A stretch of 64,000 bases of DNA, from the IMG/VR virus record IMGVR_UViG_3300025853_000035, positions 1-64,000 of that record, one strand, 5' to 3'. The position numbers and the translations under genes were made by a program. Source of the DNA: a virus. Its lineage: Duplodnaviria; Heunggongvirae; Uroviricota; Caudoviricetes. Under the pieces are notes generated by a model, which saw only the letters and a program-made list of their open reading frames with translations, was not told the origin of the DNA and did no database searches. This document shows, piece by piece, positions 46,417-56,700 of the stretch (position 1 is the first letter of the stretch; each line of letters opens with the position of its first letter).

Positions 46417-47352
46417 ATGTGCGGAACTTGTGGAAACCTTGCTCACGACGATCTCGACGATGACATCGGCGACATCTTCGGCACGGGCCAGATGAGCACC
46501 GAGGACGCCGCACGCGCTGCTGAGTTCGCCAAGGCTGTCTCGGACAACACCCGCCCGGCCGCCGGCCCGGTTCTCTATTGGGACACCTGTGGCTCGTGCC
46601 GTGGGTCGGGCAACTTCATCACCTATTCCGGCCGCGTCGGTGGGGCCTGCTTCAAGTGCAAGGGCAAGGGACAGGTTCCCTTCAAGACCTCACCGGAGAA
46701 GCGGGCGGCTGATGCCGAGCGCAAGCGCAAGAACCTCGCCACCAAGCTCGAAGCCTTCGTCACCGCCCACGCGGACGAATGGGCATGGATCGCGACGGAG
46801 GCTCCCAAGTTCGACTTCGCCAAGAGCATGTTCGACAAGCTGCTCAAGGATGGTGAACTGACGCCCGGCCAGTTGGCAGCGGTGCAGAAGCTCATCGCCC
46901 GCGAACAGGCCCGCACTGAGGCGGAGGCCGCCCAGAAGGAAGCCGCGCCGGTGATCGAGGAAGCATCACTCGCCAAGATCGAGGAGGCATTCGCCGCTGC
47001 GATCGCCCGCGACATCGCGCGTCCCAAGCTGCGCCTCGATACCTTCATGTTCTCGCCGGCCCGGTCGGGCGTGAACGCCGGGTCGATCTACGTCAAACAC
47101 CTCACGGAAACGAACCGTGATGGGGAGAAGCGCTACCTCGGCAAGATCACCGATGGGAAGTTCCTCAAGTCGTGGGGCTGCACCCCTGAGGAAGAGCAGC
47201 GGATCATTGCCGCTGCCATGGACCCGCTGGCCGCCGCCACTGCCTATGGCCGCCGTGAGGGCAGGTGTTCGTTCTGCGGGCGCAAACTCACGAAGTCGGA
47301 ATCAATCGACCGGGCGATAGGCCCGATCTGTGCAGAGAATCTAGGTTGGTAA
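46417..47352 (+). CDS. Cys-cluster (zinc-binding) protein, 311 aa
   Basis: Promoter/SD copy at 46351-46416. CGTCGN...CGSCRGSG..CFKCKGKG and C-terminal CSFCGRK...GPICA. Confidence 0.5.
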   Translation: MCGTCGNLAHDDLDDDIGDIFGTGQMSTEDAARAAEFAKAVSDNTRPAAGPVLYWDTCGSCRGSGNFITYSGRVGGACFKCKGKGQVPFKTSPEKRAADAERKRKNLATKLEAFVTAHADEWAWIATEAPKFDFAKSMFDKLLKDGELTPGQLAAVQKLIAREQARTEAEAAQKEAAPVIEEASLAKIEEAFAAAIARDIARPKLRLDTFMFSPARSGVNAGSIYVKHLTETNRDGEKRYLGKITDGKFLKSWGCTPEEEQRIIAAAMDPLAAATAYGRREGRCSFCGRKLTKSESIDRAIGPICAENLGW

Positions 47353-47411
47353 GGCTTGACCAACCGGAAGATTTGTCCTATTCCAGATTCATCAGCAACA
47401 AGGAGACAGAC

Positions 47412-47696
47412 ATGACGCAACTCGAAAAGAACCTCGCAGCGCTGCCGGCGCACTGCTACTCGATCCTCAACACGACCGGCGAACTGATCATCATCAAGCG
47501 CGGCGAGACCGGCTACTTCCCCACGGAAGGCTACACGGAGAACGAGCACTGCACGTTCGAGCAACTGGTGGTGATCCTCAACAACCGCATGGGCGTCAGC
47601 CCGGCGCAGCGCTTCGCCATGGACATGGGTTCGATGTTTGGATGGGACATCCCCGGTGCCCATCCCGATGTCCACGCCGACCGGGTGGTCGCATGA
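47412..47696 (+). CDS. hypothetical protein (starts MTQLEKNLAA)
   Basis: Promoter/SD copy at 47347-47410 (AGGAGACAGACATG). Confidence 0.5.
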   Translation: MTQLEKNLAALPAHCYSILNTTGELIIIKRGETGYFPTEGYTENEHCTFEQLVVILNNRMGVSPAQRFAMDMGSMFGWDIPGAHPDVHADRVVA

Positions 47697-47935
47697 GGGC
47701 GGTCCGCATCGCCGTGGTCATCACGGCCATCGCGCTGGCGGCCAAGGCGTCAGCGGCAGGGGGCGATCCCGATGTCCGCAAGGGCGAGGTGTATGGCACG
47801 CCATATTCCAACGACACGCAGCGGAAAATCCGCCGGGAGCAGGAGATCGCCCGACAGATCGACCGCGACCGGGAACGCCGGGAGAGCGCACGGGAGACCG
47901 AGCGCCGGGCGATCGAGAAGCTGCGGCCGAGGTGA
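47693..47935 (+). CDS. small secreted protein (signal peptide)
   Basis: MRAVRIAVVITAIALAAKASAAG signal-like N-terminus followed by a charged R/E-rich region. Confidence 0.4.
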   Translation: MRAVRIAVVITAIALAAKASAAGGDPDVRKGEVYGTPYSNDTQRKIRREQEIARQIDRDRERRESARETERRAIEKLRPR

Positions 47936-48158
47936 AAGGCGCTGTGGCTTTCGACGAACTCATCACGCGGCTGGACGCAGAGAGCAAAGTTCTGGGCGAC
48001 CGTGCCCGCACGCTCCGGGCCGAGGGGAAGACCTACGAACAGGTTGTCGAGTATTTCGACGCCTTGCGGGCGCTGGCTCGGCTTGCCCGTGCCCCTACTG
48101 TCGGTGTCGGCGCGTAGGGCAATTCTAACTTGACAGTCATGGTCATTCTTACTATGCG

Positions 48159-48698
48159 GTGAGAATGACCTTTCCCGTTTACAACGAATCGACTGGCCAT
48201 TCCCTTTTCGGGATGCCTGTCAAAGTGAGCAAATTCATTCCCGACGATGTCTTCATGGCGGTGGACCCCGCCGGAGACGCGGACAAGACCGCCATCGTGG
48301 AGATGAAGACCGGTTCCGTCCGCACGCTCAAGGAAATCTACGACGATCTCCCTGCTGATGGGGACACCCTGAGCGAAGACATCCAGCGCGCCATGGAAAA
48401 GCTCCGCGCGAATGACTACGCCACCTTCTTCGGTAGCGTCACCACCTCCAACGTCACCACCTCCAACGTCGCGGACGACACGAACGTCGCGTTCGACATG
48501 CTCAAGATGATGGACATCATCGAACAGGCCCGCATCGCGCGGTTTGAGCAGGACAAGAGCATCGTCAACGCCCTGATCAACAGCGGCTTCACCGTCACCT
48601 GCAACGAGTTCACCCACCGCCCGGTCGCCATCCTTCCTGAGGATTTCTCGGAGGCGCTGGAAGCTGTGCTGGAAGAGCGCAAGCGGAGGGTCCTGTGA
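48159..48698 (+). CDS. hypothetical protein (179 aa)
   Basis: ORF after the promoter AACTTGACAGTCATGGTCATTCTTACTATG. Confidence 0.45.
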   Translation: MRMTFPVYNESTGHSLFGMPVKVSKFIPDDVFMAVDPAGDADKTAIVEMKTGSVRTLKEIYDDLPADGDTLSEDIQRAMEKLRANDYATFFGSVTTSNVTTSNVADDTNVAFDMLKMMDIIEQARIARFEQDKSIVNALINSGFTVTCNEFTHRPVAILPEDFSEALEAVLEERKRRVL

Positions 48699-48949
48699 AG
48701 AGCACCGACCTCCAGCCCGGCCAGATCGTCCTCATGGATGGCGAACCGCACCTCGTGGAAGCGGTTGATGTCGAGGTCCACATCACGCTCCAGCGGATCG
48801 AGCCTCTTGGCGATCGGTTCACCGACATCTTGGACGGCCAGACGCCGGAGCCTTTCGCCCCGGTCTTCTGCATCCTGACCGGCAAGCGGGGCGATCCCCA
48901 GCTTTGCAGCCCGCACCTCACCCTTCTGTCACCTGAGGAAATCACATGA
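48695..48949 (+). CDS. hypothetical protein (84 aa)
   Basis: ORF only. Confidence 0.4.
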   Translation: MKSTDLQPGQIVLMDGEPHLVEAVDVEVHITLQRIEPLGDRFTDILDGQTPEPFAPVFCILTGKRGDPQLCSPHLTLLSPEEIT

Positions 48950-49275
48950 TACCTGTTGATATTGGGCCGCATCCCGACGCGCCCAACCACTACATCGTCT
49001 TCGGCAAGCCGGAAGGCTGGAAGGACGAGGACTGTTCGGTGCTGGCCACCCGCCGCGTCGGCGTCACCGGCGACGTTCTGTATGAGCCGGCAGTCCGCGT
49101 CGTGCGGAGTCCGCTGCCCTCCGGCGAGGATGTCTATCCGGCGTTCCTGTCCGAATGGGTGCCGACGGAGGAGGAGCTTCAACGGCTGAACAAGGGCGAG
49201 CCGCTGCGCCTGCTGGTATCCGGTAATGGCATCCCGCCTGTGGCGCTCTGGGTGCGCGAGGAGGACGAAGTTTGA
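48946..49275 (+). CDS. hypothetical protein (109 aa)
   Basis: ORF only. Confidence 0.4.
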   Translation: MIPVDIGPHPDAPNHYIVFGKPEGWKDEDCSVLATRRVGVTGDVLYEPAVRVVRSPLPSGEDVYPAFLSEWVPTEEELQRLNKGEPLRLLVSGNGIPPVALWVREEDEV

Positions 49276-49502
49276 CCCGCGCCTACGACAACCCCAACAG
49301 CCCCTATTACGGCCCTGCACGGCGTCTGTGGGTCACTCTCGTCGGTCTGTGCGATCTCGACCTGCTCGACCAGCAGTATAATTGGGAATGGGGTGAGCGC
49401 TGGGATACCAGCATGGCCCGGCTCCTCGCCGGTGGGGCGAGCGAGGCTGGCGTCGCCCGGCACATCCTCGGCCGGATACTGGACATCTACCAAGAGAAAT
49501 GA
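49272..49502 (+). CDS. hypothetical protein (76 aa)
   Basis: ORF only. Confidence 0.4.
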   Translation: MTRAYDNPNSPYYGPARRLWVTLVGLCDLDLLDQQYNWEWGERWDTSMARLLAGGASEAGVARHILGRILDIYQEK

Positions 49503-49530
49503 AAAACGCCCGGTAATCGCCGGGCGTTTT
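49503..49530. terminator. bidirectional rho-independent terminator
   Basis: AAAAACGCCCGGTAATCGCCGGGCGTTTTCTATT, with T/A runs on both sides. Confidence 0.75.
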
Positions 49531-49764
49531 CTATTGGGGAGCAAGCTCGCGCGCTGCCGCCAATTCCTCCATCTTCCCCAGCCCGTAGGTGTCCGCATAG
49601 GCCATGAGGACCGTCACATAGTAAGGAGCGCCCTCAGCCTCCCAGCGACGCGTCGCCCGGCCGCCGGAGGAAAACCCCATCAACCGGTCAAGCTGACTCT
49701 GGTCGATCTTGTGGCGATCCCGGAAGTCTTTGACCGACTGTGCGGGTGTGCGGGCATCAGCCAT
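49531..49764 (-). CDS. XRE-family HTH protein (Cro/CI-like or antitoxin-like), about 78 aa
   Basis: KIDQSQLDRLMGFSSGGRATRRWEAEGAPYYVTVLMAYADTYGL is an HTH_XRE-like motif. Last gene of a three-gene minus-strand operon. Confidence 0.6.
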   Translation of the reverse strand: MADARTPAQSVKDFRDRHKIDQSQLDRLMGFSSGGRATRRWEAEGAPYYVTVLMAYADTYGLGKMEELAAARELAPQ

Positions 49765-50152
49765 GACCACCGATTCCTCCCTGTTGAAGTCTCCCCGCCC
49801 CGAGAGGTTCGTTGAGGCGCACCCGCTCGCAACGAAAAACTGCTGCTGCATCCGTGACCGATTTCTTTGTGCTTTCGGCGTGCTCCTTGTCGGTGGCTAC
49901 CGCGACCAGCGTGCATTTGTCCGGGGTCAGCGCCCAAGCGAGATAGACGTATATCTCATTGGTATAAGGAGCATATTCCAGACAATTGTCATGATGGACC
50001 TTGCGAATGTCGAGCGCATCAATTAGCGTCAGCACATCCGCTGCCAGACACGCCCGGTCTTTGGGTGTGAAATTGGTGGGAAACCCCTTCGGGGTCTCCG
50101 CAGCAATCCACGTCAGCAGGCGTGAAGTGGCATCCGATACCTGATCGGTCAT
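49757..50152 (-). CDS. hypothetical protein (132 aa, starts MTDQVSDATS)
   Basis: Internal ATG abutting the stop of the upstream Zn-ribbon gene. Confidence 0.45.
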   Translation of the reverse strand: MTDQVSDATSRLLTWIAAETPKGFPTNFTPKDRACLAADVLTLIDALDIRKVHHDNCLEYAPYTNEIYVYLAWALTPDKCTLVAVATDKEHAESTKKSVTDAAAVFRCERVRLNEPLGAGRLQQGGIGGHG

Positions 50153-50460
50153 GCCGGCACCTGCGACTGGATAAGGGTCCCCGTATTTGAATCCCATGCT
50201 TGTTGACATTCTCCGCAGTGGTAGGACCGAACCCTGTCGTTCACAACCATCGCAGATGCAAGCCCCAATCGACCCTTCGATCGCGACGCACCATACAGCG
50301 CCGCTATCCGATCCGCTTCGGCCTCCGCCTCTTGTGGAGACATAGCGTCCTCGGAAAGCGCCTTCTGGTAGAAGAATTCCCAGATGCCTCCACCATCCAG
50401 CGAAACACCGCAGCTTGGGCAGTTGCCGTGCTCCAGAGGGGGAGACGGGATTGATGTCAT
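50149..50460 (-). CDS. zinc-ribbon protein (about 104 aa, starts MTSIPSPPLE)
   Basis: CPSCG...CGEC pair of CxxC motifs. Confidence 0.45.
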   Translation of the reverse strand: MTSIPSPPLEHGNCPSCGVSLDGGGIWEFFYQKALSEDAMSPQEAEAEADRIAALYGASRSKGRLGLASAMVVNDRVRSYHCGECQQAWDSNTGTLIQSQVPA

Positions 50461-50587
50461 AGACTTCCTCCACAGATTGGTTGATGAGAAGGTTTGGGTA
50501 AGTCGGACCGGAAGATTTGTCAAACGAAAAACGCCCTCGGTATTTCTACCGAAGGCGCTCAACGCTGGGGTGTGGGAAGGGGAGAGA

Positions 50588-50980
50588 TCAGCCGGCCGGC
50601 GGTGCGTCATCACGCGACGACGTGCCGAGGTTCGACGGCTTGTCAGTGCCTCGGCCGAAGGTCGGCATGACCAGACGCCAGATGTCGGCGAACACGGCGA
50701 TTGGGTTGTTCTTGAACTCGTTCGACGCCTTGAAGAGGCCGAAGATGATGTTCTCGGAGATGATCGCGGCAACGCCACAGATCGCGTAAACATAGCGGCT
50801 GTCGTGGAAGATCGAGCCGGCCAGCACAGCGGCACCGCCGCCGATGATGCACGAAAGCAGGAGACGCCACCAGACACGGCGCTCCCCAGACAGGATCGAC
50901 TGGAGAAGGACGAGCAGAGCGCCGCCAGAACCCAGCCAGACCGCCTGCTGGAGTTCGGAATCGGAGAAGTTAATCGGCAT
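50588..50980 (-). CDS. membrane protein (about 130 aa, 3 TM helices)
   Basis: Hydrophobic helices (VWLGSGGALLVLLQSIL; LLLSCIIGGGAAVLAGSIF; YVYAICGVAAIISENIIFGLF). Confidence 0.5.
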   Translation of the reverse strand: MPINFSDSELQQAVWLGSGGALLVLLQSILSGERRVWWRLLLSCIIGGGAAVLAGSIFHDSRYVYAICGVAAIISENIIFGLFKASNEFKNNPIAVFADIWRLVMPTFGRGTDKPSNLGTSSRDDAPPAG

Positions 50981-51335
50981 GACTGCGAGGACCCCAGAGG
51001 TAGATCGAGTTTGCTTGACCCTTTTGGAGGTCACCACGGATGAAGAGATGAGCGGTTGTCAGCAGGAGAGCGAGGCCGGTGTGCAGGACCAACCAAACCA
51101 CCTGATCGGGTTCATGGCAACGCCCCTGATAGGTGATGCCGTAATTGATGAATGCAGCCGTCTGCACCAGCGCGAAGATCGAAGAGAAGGTGACCCAGAC
51201 GTAGAGCAGGGCATTGCGCCGACCGCTCAGAATGTCCCGCCACTCGTATTGGAAATGTTGCCCAGACCCGACCGCCACGAGGCCAGTCAGGAAGGACACA
51301 GCGCTGCTGATCGCCGCCAGAAAGACGAGGAACAT
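50970..51335 (-). CDS. membrane protein (121 aa, 3-4 TM helices)
   Basis: Hydrophobic helices. Confidence 0.5.
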   Translation of the reverse strand: MFLVFLAAISSAVSFLTGLVAVGSGQHFQYEWRDILSGRRNALLYVWVTFSSIFALVQTAAFINYGITYQGRCHEPDQVVWLVLHTGLALLLTTAHLFIRGDLQKGQANSIYLWGPRSHAD

Positions 51336-51420
51336 AGAGACACCTTCGGTGAGATGAGACCGGTGAACCGTTCACCGAAAACGAAGGCGCTAGTATATCA
51401 CTGGTGAGGTGAAAAGGCAA

Positions 51421-51462
51421 GCACAAATGGCCGCTCGAAGAAAACACTTCGAGCGGCCATTT
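51421..51462. terminator. bidirectional rho-independent terminator
   Basis: AAATGGCCGCTCGAAGAAAACACTTCGAGCGGCCATTTG. Confidence 0.7.
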
Positions 51463-51484
51463 GTTCAATCACTTCGTCAATGAT

Positions 51485-51826
51485 TTAGTCTGGGGAAAGG
51501 GGGAGCGCCTTCTTGATGAACGTGCCGCCCATGGGACCCAGCTTGTAGGTTTTGATCACAGGACCGAAGGTGGGGAACATCTCGTGAAGGTAACGAAGCT
51601 CGACGAGATCGTTTAGCTCCTTCTCGAATTTCCCTGCCTTGAGTTTGATGAGGACTGCGATCTGGTCCACCGTGGGATAAGCCTTCTGGCCTGACATGCG
51701 GATATGCGCTTCCACTGCGATCAGCACCTTGAGATGACGGAGGGTGAGGTTCCGCTTTCCGAAGTGCATCAGGCTGCTCAGCGTCCGCAGCGCCTGATCA
51801 GCGCCCGAACCAGTTACGGATTTCAT
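51485..51826 (-). CDS. winged-helix (MarR-like) DNA-binding protein
   Basis: LTLRHLKVLIAVEAH...YPTVDQIAVLIKLKAGKFEKELNDLVELRYL resembles a MarR/wHTH fold. The start is uncertain. Confidence 0.4.
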   Translation of the reverse strand: MKSVTGSGADQALRTLSSLMHFGKRNLTLRHLKVLIAVEAHIRMSGQKAYPTVDQIAVLIKLKAGKFEKELNDLVELRYLHEMFPTFGPVIKTYKLGPMGGTFIKKALPLSPD

Positions 51827-52253
51827 CGGCGTCTTGCGCGGTGAAGCTGCCGAAGGCGTCTGCCATTTCTTCGACATGGTGGACGATCGTATTGTAGATC
51901 GAGGGGGCGCGTTCGCGGAGTTCTGCACGTTCGAGGCCAAGACTGACATCTCCCATCTTGTTGACGGGAATAATGACAGTGCCCCGCTCTTCCAGAATGT
52001 CCCATAGCCCGCCGAGACTGTTCAGGACGGCGTCCAGATCGGACTCGTTTCCCTCAACGAAAAACGACCCCGGTGTCATGGCAGGCTTCCGCTTGGTCGG
52101 CACGCCGTAGGCATTCGACGCGCCACGGATTATGGCCTGACCACCTTTACCAAATCCGAGCAGATTGTCACCAAAAACAAACGTAAAATTAGGCAGTTCG
52201 TCGCATAATCCGCGCGAATACCAGCCAGAGAAGCGTATAATCATTATATCCAC
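51798..52253 (-). CDS. conserved hypothetical protein (151 aa) immediately upstream of rtcB
   Basis: ORF with the Gly-rich motif FVFGDNLLGFGKGGQAIIRGASNAYGVPTK. Family not recognised. Confidence 0.45.
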   Translation of the reverse strand: MDIMIIRFSGWYSRGLCDELPNFTFVFGDNLLGFGKGGQAIIRGASNAYGVPTKRKPAMTPGSFFVEGNESDLDAVLNSLGGLWDILEERGTVIIPVNKMGDVSLGLERAELRERAPSIYNTIVHHVEEMADAFGSFTAQDADEIRNWFGR

Positions 52254-52322
52254 CTTGCGACCAGAGGGGTAAACGGATACCTGTCTAGGCGCGGGAAGCG
52301 TGAAACTCCCCGCGACGCTGGG

Positions 52323-53564
52323 TTAGCCCTTGACGTTCAAGACCTGCCGGAGCCGGTGCTTGATCTCGACCAGATCGTCCTGAGCGGCCATGACCGCACC
52401 GATCGGCTTGTAGGCGGCCGGACTCTCGTCCAGCACATCCGCATCAAGGCGGGCCTCGATCCCCTTCATGGCCTCGGCGTGCTGCTCCATGGTGATCAGC
52501 GCCTTGGCCTTGGTCCGGCTCATGGTCCGCCCGGCTCCGTGGCTGCACGAGTGGAACGAGTTCGGGTTGCCCTTGCCCTCCACGATGAAGCTGCCGGTGC
52601 CCATGGAGCCGGGGATGATCCCCAAGGTGCCCTCACGAGCCTGCACGGCACCCTTGCGGGTCACCCAGACATTCTCGCCGTAGTGCGACTCTCGGGTCAC
52701 ATAGTTGTGGTGGCAGTTGACCGCCATCTGCTCGGACATGAACGGGGGAAGGGTCTGACGCAGCACCCGGAGGACAGCCGCCATCATCTCCTTCCGGTTC
52801 TCCATGGCGAACTCCTGTGCCCACTCGACCGCCTCGCAGTAGTCGTCGTAGACCTCGGTGTGCTCTACCAGATAGGACAGGTCCTGATCCGGCAGATAGT
52901 CCGCGATGTGATAGCGGTGCATCTCCTCCTTCGCCTTCTCGATGAAGTAGGTGCCGATCGCGTTGCCGATACCGCGCGAGCCGGAGTGCAGCATCACCCA
53001 GACCCGGTTCTCCTCGTCGAGGCAAAGCTCGATGAAGTGGTTGCCGGTGCCGAGCGATCCCAGATGCTGGGTCGGAAGCCGACGCTGGGCGATCTTAGGG
53101 TGCTTGGCGATGATCGCGTCATAACCCTTCTCCAGATACTTCCAGCGCTCGACGACGGAGGCCGGCGGGTTGCCCCATGAGCCGGGATCACGCCCGCCAC
53201 GAATCTGATCCATGGTTCCGCGACCGTGAGGAACCGCCGCCTCGATCATCCCACGGATATGGGATAGGCTGTCCGGGAGATCGTCGGCGGTCAGGGAGAG
53301 GCGAAGCGCCATCATCCCACAGCCAATATCGACGCCGACCGCCGCCGGGACGATCGCGCCCTTGGTGGCGATCACGGTGCCTACGGTCGAACCCTTGCCG
53401 GCGTGAGCGTCAGGCATCACGGCGACGTGCTTGTGGACGAAAGGCATCCGCGCCATGTTCTCGATCTGCTGGATGGCCTCAGCCTCGAACGGATAGCCCT
53501 CCGGCTCCCACAGCTTGACCAGCTTCTTGCGGCCGAAACTGTCCTCAACCTGATGAACGCGCAT
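52323..53564 (-). CDS. rtcB: RtcB RNA ligase (3'-phosphate/2',3'-cyclic phosphate RNA-splicing ligase)
   Basis: 413 aa. MPDAHAGKGSTVGTV, HSGSRGIGN and NCHHNY motifs typical of RtcB. Confidence 0.85.
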   Translation of the reverse strand: MRVHQVEDSFGRKKLVKLWEPEGYPFEAEAIQQIENMARMPFVHKHVAVMPDAHAGKGSTVGTVIATKGAIVPAAVGVDIGCGMMALRLSLTADDLPDSLSHIRGMIEAAVPHGRGTMDQIRGGRDPGSWGNPPASVVERWKYLEKGYDAIIAKHPKIAQRRLPTQHLGSLGTGNHFIELCLDEENRVWVMLHSGSRGIGNAIGTYFIEKAKEEMHRYHIADYLPDQDLSYLVEHTEVYDDYCEAVEWAQEFAMENRKEMMAAVLRVLRQTLPPFMSEQMAVNCHHNYVTRESHYGENVWVTRKGAVQAREGTLGIIPGSMGTGSFIVEGKGNPNSFHSCSHGAGRTMSRTKAKALITMEQHAEAMKGIEARLDADVLDESPAAYKPIGAVMAAQDDLVEIKHRLRQVLNVKG

Positions 53565-53754
53565 GTCTTTGTCTCCTTCTTTTTTGGTGGGCCGACATAG
53601 CTTCCTCTACGTCGGCCCACATATTTCTGTGATGGCTCTACGCCAGTGCGATTCACTTCATGATGATCTCCTTGGTTTCGTCTACCGATTTCATCGTTCA
53701 GTGAGACTCGGTATAATGTAACGCCAAACTGTCGTCAACCGTGAAAGGGAAAAG

Positions 53755-56700
53755 TTAAAGGCCCCGGACCTTCATCGCCTTCACGTCCTCTTCGGACATG
53801 ATCTCGATGTCGAGTCCCTTGCTTTCCTTGAGGTTGGCGCGGACCTGCGAGAGCGGCGGGAAGATGAACACGCGGCTCTGGTTGGTCTGACCGTCAAGCT
53901 TCATCTTGACCTCCCGAGCGCCGAACCAGTCGCCCACCACCGTCGAGATGTCGTCGAAGCTGGTCTTGGCCTTGTCCGACGAGAACAAGAAGCGGACATA
54001 ATCCGACACCGCTGCTCGCAGGTCCTTGGCGTAGACCATCGTCTCGCGATCGTCGTTCAGTTCGATCGACGGGAAACGGTTCTCGTCGCTCGTCTCGTAA
54101 AGGCCGGACTTGACCAGTTCGAGCATGAACTTCTGCACGCCCGACAGCGTCTCGATCTGCTGCTTCTGGAGGTGGTCGGTCTTGGGCGGCGTGAACAGGC
54201 TGGCGAAGGTGCCCTTGACCGGCTTCCAGTGGAGCAGGTCGTGCAGCATGGCTTGCAGGCCACCCTTCTTGTCCATCTGCTCGCGCATCAGGCCGAAGAA
54301 CTCCAGATCGCCTTGGCGGGCATCCGAGCAGCGCAGCACGAAGAAGCGACGTTCGTCCTTGAGCGAGGCAGGGACCACCCAATCGTTGTTCGAGATCAGC
54401 GCGAGGCGCGTGTAGTTCTCGGACTGGATCGGGTCATAGCCCTTCTTTTCGATCAGCACCGACTTGTTGGTGATCATGTCCTTGAGGACACCTTCCGCCT
54501 GCGGGTCAGCGGCCCAGAAGGCTTCTTCGCAGACCATGAGCAGGGCGGTTTCAAGGTGGCCGTTGAACTGACCGACGATCTGCTTCCGCTGGCTCACGGT
54601 GATGCCGTGGAAGCCAAGCAGCTTGTTGATGAAGTCGAACAGGGTGGACTTACCCGTGCCCTTACCGCCGGTGATGACCAGCGTCGAACCCGGCTTGGCC
54701 TCCGGCTTCTGGAACAGCATCGCCAGCCACGTCATCAGCCACTCGAAATACTCGTCGTTCGACTCGCAGATGTTCTCGTAGATGTGACCACGCAGCATCG
54801 ACCAGTCACCGGCGACCGGTTCGTCCTTGTTGTCGAGGATGTTCTCCCACGTCGTCGGGACCGGCTCATACGGCCAGCCACGGAACAGGTTGTAGATGTC
54901 CTTGGCGACGCGGCGGCCGGGAGCGAACACCACCTGACGGTAGGTGCGGCGCTTGTCCCATTCCAGCCACAGGTCGAACCCGGCCAGCTTCTTCGACTGC
55001 TTGCCCTCGGCGATCCAGATCACGCGGTTCTTCTCGAACAGCTTCACGTCTCCCTGCGTTTCGAAGATCACGTCATCATCGGCGGAGCGCGGCTCCACCA
55101 GAATCTTGACGCCGCCGGACGTGCGGATCACTGCATAGCGCCGGTTGAACGCACGCAGCATGGTTTCCTCGGAATCGCCGAAGTCAAGATCGTCGTCCTC
55201 GAACTCCGGCTCCTCGGCCTCGTCGGTCGTAGGGGCGTCGGCGCGCGGCGTCGGCTTCTTCGGCTTGACCGGCTCTTCCTCCTCTTCCTCGTCCTCCTCC
55301 AGTTCGAACAGATAGTCCTTGTTGGTGAGGTCGGCCGGCGTGATCAATTCCTGCTCGATCAGTTCCTTGAGGTAGTCGAGGCGATCGCGGCCGGAGCAGG
55401 CGTTGTGGGTGCAGTTGAAGGTGAAGCCGCCTTCATAGCCGTCTTCCAGATTGTCGGAAGCGTTGACCACGAAGGTGCCGCCGCCGCCGAAGCTGGAGTG
55501 CTCGGCCTCGAACGGGCATTCGACGTGGACGCCGGCCTTGTTACCCCGGCCTTCGCGGATGAAGTCGCCACCGATCACATCCTCAAGCATCGCCTGCACA
55601 TCGAAGCGCTTGGCGTGCTTGATCGACCAGCCCTTGAGGTTGAAACCGCCGCTGGTGATGTAGCGGTTTGCGTCGTCCTCGTCGCCGTCATCCGCTCCAC
55701 CGGCCGCCGTGAAGGCGTTGCTGGCCACGGCGCTACGCTTGTTGTCGCGGCCCCGGCGCATCTTGACCCGGTCGAACTTGTCGAGGTCCAGCGGCTCGCC
55801 GCAGACCACCCACGAACCGAACGCCTTGTCCTTCGAGGCGTGGCGGGGCAGGTAGAAGAGGCGGGCAGGGTCTACGCACTTCTCATCGAAGAAGAGATCG
55901 AGCGCGGTGCAGAAGCCAGCATAGCGTTCCTTCCACTCGTCGATCGCATCCTTCTGCGAGCCGCCGCGCTTGGCGAACACGAAGGCTTCCTTGAGCGGAA
56001 ATACCGCACGGAACTTCGGCATCGGCTTATGCTGGACGAGGATGACGACGCCGTCTTCCGAGTGGTGGGCGTCATCCAGAATCGTCAGTTCCTCGACGAT
56101 CGCCGGCAGCACACCCTTCTTCTTGATCAGGTAGTCGCGGACCGCTTCCTCTTCGACCTCGGATGCCTCGGCCCACTTCATGAAGTGGTCGCGCTTGATG
56201 ACCGACGTGTTCTTGAGGTGGCTGTGGGTGGTGTAGATCACCGCCTCCAAACCATGCTGCTGGATCGTCCGCATCACGTCGTCGAGCGGCGCACCGGAGT
56301 CGAGATCGACGCCGAGGATGTGGTTGGCGATCATGGCGACGGCCTTGCGGGCACCGTTCGCGGACTGTCCTTGCAGGAAGCAGGGACCGTCCTTCTGGCC
56401 TTCCTTGTGATCCTGCAACATCGTCTCGAACTGGCCGAAGGTGCTGGACACCTCCTTCCACTTGCCCTGCGCTTCATCGCGGCGGCGGCCGGTCATGAGC
56501 GTGATGTTTGTCATGGTGCCCGGCGTCTGGATGTCGAGGTCCTGCGGGAGATACCAGTTCAGGCCGTCGAGATTGACCTTGCCCTTGCTATCGAGGAAGA
56601 CCGAGAGCGGGCACAGGTGCAGGCCGCTCTTCTGCCCGGAGACAGGATCGCCGTCGAGCATGTAGATCATACCGCCGGACACGTCGAACGAAGGCTGAGG

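Noticed and set aside
52356-53180. 274-aa plus-strand ORF
   Set aside because: Antisense to rtcB, which has unambiguous RtcB motifs.
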